A stretch of 64,000 nt of DNA from assembly GCF_048593235.1 (NCBI RefSeq), contig NC_133622.1, forward strand, positions 244,222,055 to 244,286,054. The letters are read 5' to 3'. Each line of letters starts with the position of its first letter. The first letter of the stretch is position 1. Source of the stretch: Sminthopsis crassicaudata. Taxonomy: Eukaryota. This document shows positions 22,287 through 34,200 of the stretch, one piece after another. Under the pieces are notes generated by a model. The model had not been told where the DNA came from. It saw only the letters and a list, made by a program, of their open reading frames with translations, and did no database searches. A program made the translations under genes and the position numbers.

Positions 22287-25200
22287 GTAAGTATTGGCCT
22301 TTATTCCTGGGGATGGATAAAAGGAGAGAGGCAAGCATGCTCTAAGTGATGGGGTGGGGAGCATATCTGGGAAGATTGAGCCATGGTCCTTCCATACCCT
22401 TTTTGCCAAGGTTGGTCAGTCTGAATAGGTAGAGCTGGACCCCTTGTAGATCTTTTAAGGTAGTGAGTANNNNNNNNNNNNNNNNNNNNNNNNNNNNNNN
22501 NNNNNNNNNNNNNNNNNNNNNNNNNNNNNNNNNNNNNNNNNNNNNNNNNNNNNNNNNNNNNNNNNNNNNNNNNNNNNNNNNNNNNNNNNNNNNNNNNNNN
22601 NNNNNNNNNNNNNNNNNNNNNNNNNNNNNNNNNNNNNNNNNNNNNNNNNNNNNNNNNNNNNNNNNNNNNNNNNNNNNNNNNNNNNNNNNNNNNNNNNNNN
22701 NNNNNNNNNNNNNNNNNNNNNNNNNNNNNNNNNNNNNNNNNNNNNNNNNNNNNNNNNNNNNNNNNNNNNNNNNNNNNNNNNNNNNNNNNNNNNNNNNNNN
22801 NNNNNNNNNNNNNNNNNNNNNNNNNNNNNNNNNNNNNNNNNNNNNNNNNNNNNNNNNNNNNNNNNNNNNNNNNNNNNNNNNNNNNNNNNNNNNNNNNNNN
22901 NNNNNNNNNNNNNNNNNNNNNNNNNNNNNNNNNNNNNNNNNNNNNNNNNNNNNNNNNNNNNNNNNNNNNNNNNNNNNNNNNNNNNNNNNNNNNNNNNNNN
23001 NNNNNNNNNNNNNNNNNNNNNNNNNNNNNNNNNNNNNNNNNNNNNNNNNNNNNNNNNNNNNNNNNNNNNNNNNNNNNNNNNNNNNNNNNNNNNNNNNNNN
23101 NNNNNNNNNNNNNNNNNNNNNNNNNNNNNNNNNNNNNNNNNNNNNNNNNNNNNNNNNNNNNNNNNNNNNNNNNNNNNNNNNNNNNNNNNNNNNNNNNNNN
23201 NNNNNNNNNNNNNNNNNNNNNNNNNNNNNNNNNNNNNNNNNNNNNNNNNNNNNNNNNNNNNNNNNNNNNNNNNNNNNNNNNNNNNNNNNNNNNNNNNNNN
23301 NNNNNNNNNNNNNNNNNNNNNNNNNNNNNNNNNNNNNNNNNNNNNNNNNNNNNNNNNNNNNNNNNNNNNNNNNNNNNNNNNNNNNNNNNNNNNNNNNNNN
23401 NNNNNNNNAGAGATGTAGAGAGGAGGAGAGAGAGAGGAGAGAGAGAGAGTGAGAGAGCTGATTGGATGGGATGCTAATAAAATTAGTATAAATGTAATAT
23501 GTGAACATGGGGTTTAAGAAAGGGAAACTGCCCCTACTCTTTGTTAAAGATTTTCTAATCTGAGGCTGGCACTTAGAATCTCTGGCTCATAGTAACTCAA
23601 TAAGAGTTAGAGGGACCCCAATGAGCTATCCTATTCTCTGCCCCCCCACATAATCAACACTCCCTTGTACAACACTGTACAAGAATATTCTTTGCTTGAC
23701 CACTTCCTGTGATGAGGAAATAAACACGTTTACTAGCAGTCAGCTCCATTTTTAGACAGTTCTAGTTATTAGAGACTTCATTATCATGTGTGCTCTAGTC
23801 TGCCTCCCTGTAGCTTCTATTCATCAGATGCAGTACTGTTTTTTGGGCCCAAGCAGAAGAGCTCCAAAACCTTTTCTATTTTGTGTCTGTTCACATATCG
23901 GAAGACAATTATCTTCTCCCTAGCACCCCCAAACAGAACAAGGCAAACAAACAGCAACCGCCTTCTGGCCCTTCCCCTTGTTTTCTTTTCTCCAAAACAA
24001 ATTTCCTGGGTTTCCTTAGGTAGTATGTCCTCCTCTTTCTGGACAGACACAATGACCTTCCTGAAGTGGGACATCCAAAATCCTAGAATTCGATTCAAAT
24101 GAACATTTAAGTCTTTTGGACCTGAAAGGAGGCTGAGTGGATACTGATTTCAACCTCTTCCTAAATGATAATTCCTATAAAAAGCAAGAAAGCTCGATAG
24201 TTCAGTGAATAGACTACTGAGCCTCCAGGATAGAAGGCTGAATTCAAATCTGATCTAAGACACAGAGTAGTCATTCAACCTCTTGTTGTCTAATTCACTG
24301 GAGAAGGACATGGCAAACCACTTTAGAAGCTTTGCCAGGAAAACCCTATACAAGTCACAGAGTCAGACCTGATGCAGCCCTACCAGGTATCGAACCAGCT
24401 TTTTTTTTTTTTTTTTTTTCCTGAGGCTGGGGTTAAGTGACTTGCCCAGGGTCACACAGCTAGGAAGTGTTAAGTAAACTTTGAACTCGGGTCCTCCTGA
24501 ATTCAAGGCTGGTGCTCTCTCCACTGCGCCACCTAGCTGCCCCTTGTTGAACCAGCTTTTATCAAAATTACTTCAGAGAGAGGAAAACCACTGCTTTCCT
24601 AGGCAGGTCTTGTCATTTTCTATTGGGTCTAATTGTTTGGAATTTTAGATTCTTTTCCACTAAGTCTCTATCTGCCTCCCCTCTACATTTTACCTGTGGG
24701 CTTCAATGGGGCCAAGACTAGTGCTTCAGGACAGAGCACAAAAGTCTCTTCCTTTTTATTGTTGCAGCCAAACACTTCAGTTTTTCCCCGTTGCTATGTC
24801 ACATTGTTGGCTCACGTTGGTTTTGGAATCATCATAGACTTCAAAGTCCTTCCCCTTTCCAGATATCGCCTTCATTATTTCCTACAGGTTTTTTAAAACA
24901 AAAAAGAATCCTTACCTTTATGTCAGCTGAATTGTATCTTGTTGGATTTGGCCCATTCTTATGATCTGACTGGTTAATAATCCCGTCTCATCATATATTC
25001 ATCTGTGTATCAGTAGCCAATTTAAGAAGTATTACACTAATATTTCCATTCAAGTAATTTGTCAAGAGATGCAACAACTAAAGTATCTCACATTTAAACC
25101 ACAAATGCAGTTGACATATCTTGTCTCTTTTGAGTGGGTATCCTTCTTAGGTTAGGAGAGATGAGTGACTTCTTTTGGGCCACATAGTAAATGTGTGAAG

Positions 25201-28200
25201 TTGGATCTGAACCAAAAGCTTCCTCTCCTGAGCCTCAAATTATATTCACTTAATTTAGAAATCCCCCGGTCCAGATATTATTAACCTGGGGAAAGGGGGA
25301 GAGGGAGTTGTCTATGAATTTGCATAGAAAAAAAAATCTCATTTTTAATCTGACTTTTGGTTTCCTCTGTAATCCTATCTATTTGTTTTATACATTTAGA
25401 ACCATTATTGTGAAAAGGCCTCTGATGATGTTTAATTCTGTCTTTTTTATGATGAGGAAACTGAGACTCAGGGAGAGGGAGGGAATAACCATTGTATCAC
25501 CAAGACTATGTCCAGCTCATGGGGAAGGAGAGAACTTTCCAAAATTTTATTGTTATCCAAGGCTGTGGCTACTTTGAGTCTGCTGTATTTTGTTTCTTCC
25601 TCAAGGTTCAAAGCTAGATTTTTCCTGGATGCTCTGGGCATGCTATTTGCTGTGGAAGAGGCAAATAGAGACCCCAACTTCCTGCCCAATGTGACAGTGG
25701 GATTCCAGCTCTATGACTCCTGTGTGTCTGGAACCCGGGCTCTTGGGAGCACTCTTGGTCTCCTGTCTGGACAGCTCCTCCCAACACCCAACTTTGATTG
25801 CCACCCCCAGCATCGACTCCTGGGAATCATAGGTGGGATGACGTCCCCGGAGTCGGAGGCCATGGCTGAACTGCTCTCTGTTTACCAAGTCTCTCAAGTG
25901 AGTAATATACCTAGAGACATAAGTAGAGAATTCATAGGTAGAAAGTGGTGCTTGCTCTAGTAGTTTCTTCTCTTCTCCAAGACTAAAAGCCCTTCTTTGT
26001 TCCTAAAAACCCAGAGTCATTCCTACTCACAGTTTGGTATGATATACTCCATGATATAGTGGATGGATGGTCACATAATGTGACTTGAAGAGTCCCAGGA
26101 AAAAACTTTGTGCTGGGTTTTCAATGATTCCTGACATTTTACTATTAGAAATTCATTTATTTTGATTCCAAACTCTTAAAATGAAAATACTCCATAAAAG
26201 AATACCTAACAATTTACTAAAAACAATAATTTACTTTTAGATAATACTTTCAGATTTACCAAGTGTTTTCCTTACAAAACTTTTGTGAGCTAAGTAAGGC
26301 AAGGGAAATGAATCTCATTTTACGAGTATATAAACAAAAAGCTCAGAATGTTTGTATGACTTGCTCAGTGTCCACAGTGGGTTTTTTTAGACTTCAAGCC
26401 ACTTGGCTTTCAACTTTATCACTAAGCTGCCATGGGCAAAATAACCATTTAACATCACTCAGCCTCACTTTTACATCTCTAAAATAGGTATAGCAATGGC
26501 AAGTATTTCACAGGATTGTTGTGAAGGTAAAATGAGATAACATGAACAGAATGCTTTAAAATCTTAAATCACTATATACAANNNNNNNNNNNNNNNNNNN
26601 NNNNNNNNNNNNNNNNNNNNNNNNNNNNNNNNNNNNNNNNNNNNNNNNNNNNNNNNNNNNNNNNNNNNNNNNNNNNNNNNNNNNNNNNNNNNNNNNNNNN
26701 NNNNNNNNNNNNNNNNNNNNNNNNNNNNNTGAGGTCAGATTAGAACTCAGGTCCTCCTGACTTCAGGTCTGATGCTTTATCCACTGTGCTATCTAGCTGT
26801 CCCAATAGTATATTATATTTATACATAATATATAATATGATAGAAATTTACTATATTTATATTATATTTAATCACATCAATATTTTATTTAATTATTAAT
26901 ATATTTAATATTATATTATATTTCATGTTGTATTTATTAATAATTATATTAATGTCAAATAATATCAATCTATTATATTTATATTATAATTATTAATAAT
27001 TATATTGATGACAAATAATATCAATATATTATATTTATATTATATTTAACTACATCAATATTTTATTTAATATATTTTATTAAAATATTTAATAATTTAA
27101 TATTATATTATATTTCATGTTGTATTTATTCATAATTATATTAATGTCAAATAATAGCAATTTATATTATATTTAACTACATCAACATTTTATTTAATAT
27201 TATATTCTATTAATGCATTTAATAATTTAATATTACATTACATTTAATGTTGTATTTATTAATAATTAAATTATATCATTATAAAATCAAATAAAAAATT
27301 TTGAGTTAATTTTAGAGCAGATAGCACATGGGCCTCTTGTTTCCAGGTTCAGTATTTCTTTATACCATATCAGCATTAGGCTTATAAAGCTTCATTAAAG
27401 AATAGTGAATTAATTTTGTCCTTGAGAATTTTTGAATCTTTTGCAATGATGCTAGGATGTTGCAGAGGCTGTAATTCCCAGAATGCCCCACAATATAGTG
27501 AGTTGGATTGGGAATATGAACTTGGTAGAAGTTGGCTCTGGAGAATAGCTCATGGCAAGGATTTGACAATTAGCTATATACACTCTTAGGGATAAGAGCC
27601 AGGAGGAAGCTGAGGGATAGGCCGATCCAACTCCCTTATTTTTCAGAACAGAGAGCTGTTATAATTTCCCAAGGTCACATGGGTAGTAAATAGGAAAATT
27701 GAGCTTCAAGTCCATATGCTAGACTCCAAATTCAGGGTTTTCTCACTACTTCACCAAGACCTCTCCATGCTAGGGATATTCAGATGACCTTAGAGTGTCT
27801 TCACATACTCAGTGATCTCTAATGACTTCTTATTACTTCTACAATAAAGTTCATGTTCTTTTCTTCTATTTAATTTTTAAATCCTTTTACATCCTGGACC
27901 TAAGCCACCTTTAAATCAGTCAATCAAAAGACATTAATAAGCACCAGATATGTTCCAAGAGTTGGAATACAGTACAAAGACTGAAAAAATCTGTATTCTC
28001 AGGGGGGATCTCTATATCTATCTCTAAATCTGTATCTATATCTGTATCTGTATCTCTATCTATCTATCTATGAGTATATACATAATAAATACAAAGAGGA
28101 CAAATGCAAATGAATATAAACTAGTTACATTATATAGAACTGCTAGGCGGTACAGTGGAAAGAGTACTGTGCTTGGAGCCAGAAAGACTCATCTTCCTGA

Positions 28201-31200
28201 GTTCAAATCCAGACTCAAACAAATGCTTACTGTGTAATTTTGGGCAAATCACTTAACCATTTTTGCCGCAGTCTTCTCATCTGTAAAATGAGATGGAGAA
28301 GGAAATGGCAAACTGTAAAGGGCTAGAACTGAGCAATGCACTTGGATAATGAAGACGTTTAGTGATCCTGACTCCAGCTGATTTCTGGGAAGACAGAGTT
28401 CCAGCAGCAAACCATTCCACTATCTTTGGGTCATGGAGAGTTGGACATAATTGAGATGATACAACAACAAAATAACATATATNNNNNNNNNNNNNNNNNN
28501 NNNNNNNNNNNNNNNNNNNNNNNNNNNNNNNNNNNNNNNNNNNNNNNNNNNNNNNNNNNNNNNNNNNNNNNNNNNNNNNNNNNNNNNNNNNNNNNNNNNN
28601 NNNNNNNNNNNNNNNNNNNNNNNNGAGACCAGATTTGAACTCGGGTCCTCCTGAATTCAAGGCTGGTGCTCTATCCACTGCGCCACCTAGCTGCCCTTTT
28701 TCAGTCATAGTTTCTTAAAACTCTTATTTACCCTGTAGGAGATGCTGCATCCAGGAGGGAGCATAGTGAAGTAGACAGAGTTGGGGGGCAGGAAGAATCA
28801 GGAAATGGCTCTAAGTTCTATCAGCAGAAAATAGAATTGACAATACCCTTGTGTTTATCCCTAGAACTCAACACAAGGCCTGGAACATATTAGATGCTTA
28901 GTAAATGTTTATTGGCTGATTGAGTATAGATTTAAAAGCAAATTCTCCCTGGAAAGTGTAAGCTGAGCCACAGAGAGAAATCTTGTAAAGCTATTGAACC
29001 CATGGAAGAACAGTAGGGAATTCCTAATAAGAGGAAGGACACGGGGACCCCACACGCCGGGAGGAACAGATTTTCCTTGGCCACATGTGTTCCTCACTAC
29101 CATTGTACTCAAGGTGATCACCCTTCCCACTGGTACTGTGTGTATTTGTGAGATTTGTGACCCAGATTTTGTATTAGGAATACTTGGCAGCTACTGTTCT
29201 TACCGTGCTTAGTAAAGCTTACCAGCTTGGTAAAGGCCTTGAGCTAATATATAATTAGCTACTGGCTGACTGACTATTGAAGGTGAATTTACTGGCCTGG
29301 CCTTGTGAGCTCTAACTTTAGGAAGGCAGACCCATGGGTCTGTGGTCCCAAGTTACAAACTTGAGATCTCAATGATAATTCCAGAGTGGGGGAGAGAGAA
29401 CATGACAAGGCATTCACAGAAGAGTTGTTTAAATAATAATGCCTTCCATTTTTATTTTTATTTTAGGACTTTTAGGTTTGCAAATTTCTCTTTTCCCAAC
29501 CTAGTAGTTAGGTGGTACATATATTATTACTATTGCTGCTGCTGCTATTATTACCACTATTATTATTACTAACTTTAGGCACATAGTCCACATTATCTCA
29601 TTTAAGTCACAATATTTCTATAGGATGGATTCTATTATTATCCTCATTTTAGGAATGGGGAAACTGAGGCTGAGAAAAGGTTAAGTAACTTGCCCATGAT
29701 CACCCAGCCATGTGATTTTTGACAGGATTTGGGTACTAGCTTTCCTGACTCCAAATTCAGAACTCTATTCTCTCTGCCATCTTGCTCCCTCCAGCTCTAG
29801 TTTATGGATGAAACTTTGTGAAGAATGGTGAAAATAGAGCAAGGTTTAAATTTCCAGGCAGCTACTTGGAGGCCTCAGGAAATATGAAGCCATATGCTGT
29901 TTTTTTTTTCTGGCCAGGAACATTTGGGCCTTTTTCTTTCCCCAGATAAGTCATGGATCTCAACATCCCCAATTTTCTGACCACCAGCGGTTCCCCTCCT
30001 TCCTTCGCACAGTCCCCAGCAGAGTGCACCAACCTCAGGCCTTGGCTAAAATACTTCTCTACTTCAACTGGACCTGGGTGGGCCTGGTGGGCTCAGATAG
30101 CGGTGCCTTTGAGTGGCTGGACCAGGAATTCCGGAAGGAGGTTGGAAAGAACGGCGGCTGTGTGAGCTTCTCGAAGAGAATTGATGGCCACATCAATAAT
30201 GTGGGTGATGTGGCTGATGCCATCTGGAATTCTACTGCCAAGGTAATCATCTGTGACTGCTACCACATCCACTTTGTTCTCCTTGCCAAGGCCCTCCAGG
30301 AAAAGAGTATGACCAACAGAATCTGGCTCATGTCCACTTCTTTTTTACTGGATGCCTCAGTGTTGAGCAGAGAAGCCAGAGAGATGCTAAATGGGAGCCT
30401 GTCTCTGGGGATACACTCTGGACCAATACCTGGCTTCAAGCACTTCCTGTCCACTCTGCGTCCAGCCATGTACCCAGAAAACCACCTGGTAAAGTTGTTC
30501 TGGCAAGAGCTGTTGGGCTGCACCTGGCCTGGGCCAAAGTCCGTTGACAATCAAGCAGGAAGTGTTGTCCAAAATTGCACAGGGCTGGAGCAGCTGACTC
30601 AGCTCCATCTATCTGTACTGAATCTGGATGACTTGACCGCTACGTATCAAGCCTACCTGGCAGCCAAAGCCTTCCTGGTGGCCTATCAGAATCTGAGGGC
30701 CTGCTCTCCTAGAGAAGGACCATTTACTGGTAGCAATTGCACCAGGACAGAAGATGCCAGACCATGGCAGGTGAGACAGAGACGAGGAATCCATGTCCTA
30801 CGTCCTGCTCTCTCTAGCATGGGATAAGTACTCATGGTTATTGAATAGGATGAAGGAGACTATGAGTAGGAGGGATAACAAAGGAGGTTAGGAGGGCTAA
30901 ACATTTCTTGGGTAAATTTGTAAAATAAACGGGTTGGACTAGATGGCCTCTCAGTTTTTAGCTCTATTCCAGGATCTATGATGCTGTGAATGGAGGACCA
31001 AGAAGACGTGGGAGAAATTAGGAATAAAAATTCTGGAAAAGAGCCAATAACTGTTGCCATAAAAGGCAAAACTATAATAATCCCACAAATGGGCCTAGAG
31101 ATACCTTTTCTCCCACATTTAAGTATCTCAACCAATCAGAGAACCAGTCAAGGAAAGGGGACATCTCAAAACATCCCCAAGAGACTTCAGATAGAAAGTT

Positions 31201-34200
31201 CAGTGATAGTGGTAAGAACAAAGGGATTCTCAGGCAGGCGAGAGACTCAGTCTTCTGGGGTGTTCAGCTTCTTTAATCTTTAGGTAGAACGAGTAATGAG
31301 GAAGTACAAGGAAGAATTAATGGGACCACGCTGGAGAAGTCCACTTGTCATGGCCAAAAATATGTGAGAAGGTTTGCTATAAAGGCAGTGCAAGGTTTAT
31401 TATAAAGGCAGATCCGTGGACCCTTTCTCTGACCTCTTCTTGTCTTCCTACTTGTGTTTTTGTCTCAGTTTTTGCACTATCTAAAGGCTGTCTGCTTCAC
31501 TACTCGAGCCCAGGAAGAGATCTTCTTTACCCAGGATGGAGAGATCCCAGCGATTTTTGATATAGTGAATATTTACCTTGCTCTTAACCATACTTTGCAG
31601 ACTGTCAAGGTTGGACACTTAGACTTCAGGGAGCCTCCAGGGCAAGAGCTGGTGATAAATAGCAGTACTATCATTTGGGCTGAGGGTCTTGGAAAGGTGA
31701 GAACCAAAATCCATTCTCTTCTGCTGCTCTCCTTCAATAATAATACCAACTAATCAGGGGAAGGAAGGAATTCTGGGACTCAGTCATTACATCCTAGCTC
31801 CAACTATGTACCACTGGAATTTCCCCCATTAGTGAGAACTCAGAAAAGTACAAATTTGGGAACTCCTGAAAATGACTTATTTTACAAATGTTGTTAGGTT
31901 ACCTCTAAACTTTACTCAGTTCTCTCTCTCTTTTTTTTTCTGTCTGTCTTTGAGTAGGTCCCTCTTTCAGTTTGCAGCAAAACATGTCCTTTGGGAACCC
32001 GGAAGTCAGCTATTCAGGGGCAACCAAGCTGCTGCTACCAGTGTCTTCACTGCCCCAAAGGAGAAATAGCCTATATTTCAGGTAAGAAAGACTGGAGAAT
32101 GGTGGGACCATTTAGACTCAAGCAACTAGTGGAGCTAGATTCCGGGTGAGAGCATTATGGAACTAGTTGGTTGGAAGTGAGAAGAGTCAGATGGGAGAAA
32201 TGGGAAAGAATAATACTAGTAATTTCTGATGGGAAGAAAACAGAAAACATGAAGATATCATTCACAGAATTTCACAGTTGGAAGAACCGTAGTGGATTTC
32301 AAGTCTGGTCCCTACTTAAGAATTTTTTTTTTTAAATAACATATCTGAAAAGTCATCATTCAGTCATTTCTTGAAGGATTCCTTCTGGCAAGAGTTAAAA
32401 ATCTAGTTTAAAATGAGCCAAAGAACTTGGAAGACATGGTTCAAATCCAGGTTTTATTTTGAACTAGCATAATAGAAAGTAGAGACACACGGCTAAAATA
32501 CAGCATGTTATGATCAGGATCCAAAAAGATTTCAGTAGGTTTGAATGGTAGATTGGAACTGTCAAGTCAAAAAACATTTATGAAGTCCATACTATGTGCC
32601 AGGTACTGTTAATAAGGGAAAATGATTTAAAATTTAAAAAGCATTTACTATGTGCTGGGCATTGGGCTAAGTGGGTGCTATTATCCTCCCCATTTTACAG
32701 ATAAAGAAACTGAGGCAAACAGAGGTTGTGACTTACCCAGGGTCACAATAGATGTCAAATTTGAACTCAAATGCTTGTGACTCCAGCACCAGCTCTCTAT
32801 AGTAGTCTCAAATACAAAACTTGAGTCTAAAGATCAATTGAACAAATGCAGGATAGGACAGAGAATGTTAGAAGTCAATTCATGTTATATATATATAAAA
32901 AAAAGACATAACTTTAGTGTACCACGTGAGCAAAAGGCAGCAAGCATATTAAGTGGAGTCTGTATGTCAGGTATGGTGACCATGAGCACAGTGTCATGGG
33001 ATAACTAGCAAGCGAATGGGAATTAAGGTTGCTTTTACAGAAGTTTTGATAACACGGGAAGCTGGGGGTAGTTGTGAATCCTTGTGATCCTTGCTGCTAG
33101 GGAAGGCGAAGCTAGGGAATTGCTTGAGTTCAGGAGTTCAGAGAGCTGCAAATAGGATCAAGGTGTCCAGATCAACTGATGTCAGCCCCAATATGACAAA
33201 TCTCTAGAAATGAAGCCCTTCTGGTTACCTAAGGAGAAAAAAACTGGCCCCATTGAGAAAAATGGAGCAGGGTAAAGCTTCTATGCTGATCAGTATTGGA
33301 TTAGATCAATAAGGTTGTATTTTCAACCTGGACATTGAAGAGATTAAATTAAATTTCCTAAAATATTTAAAATTTCTGGTGAGGGGCAGCAAGGTGGCGC
33401 AGTGGATAGAGCACCAGCCCTGAATTCAGGAGGACCTGATACTTAACACTTCCTAGCTGTGTGACCCTGGGCAAGTCACTTAACCCCACTCTCAGAAAAA
33501 GAAAAAAAAATTTCTGGTGAACTGGATATAATAAGATTCAACAATATCATATGGCAGTCATCACAATGTGATGAGAATATATACTGCTTTCATATCAATA
33601 CAGTGACAAGAGGAAAGGAAGATTTACTCGAGGAAGGAAAAGTTCTCCCAGTGTGAAAAATCTCTCTCTTCTTACTTTCTTTGTCTGATTTATCACCCCA
33701 AATCTGTTTCAGACAGCGCCAGTTGCTTCAAGTGCCCAGAGGACCAATGGCCAAACAATGAGAAGGATCGGTGCATCCCCAAGATTCTTGACTTTCTCTC
33801 CTACACGGAGCCCCTGGGCATGGCTCTAGCCTTCTGTACAGCCTTTCTCTTCCTCCTTTCCCTGACCATCCTCGGCACATTCATACACCATCACCACACT
33901 CCCATAGTCAGAGCCAACAACCACAGGCTAAGTTACATCCTTCTCTGTTCCCTGGCGCTCTGCTTCCTCTGCCCATTCATGTTCATTGGCCCCCCAGTCC
34001 CCCTGACCTGTGCCCTGCGCCAGGCAGCCTTTGGGATTTTCTTCACAGTCTGTGTGTGTGCCACTCTGGCCAAGACCATCATTGTTGTGTCTGCCTTCAG
34101 GGCCACCAGACCAGATGCCAGACTGAAGCGGGCAGGACTCAATCTCCCCAGTGCCATCCTCATTGGCTTCTCCTTGGTCCAAGTGGTTCTGTGTATGTTC

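Noticed and set aside
22342-23508. Long ORFs containing X runs (also at 28277, 36781, 40509, 48084, 48454, 58348)
   Set aside because: Artefacts of N gaps, not coding evidence.
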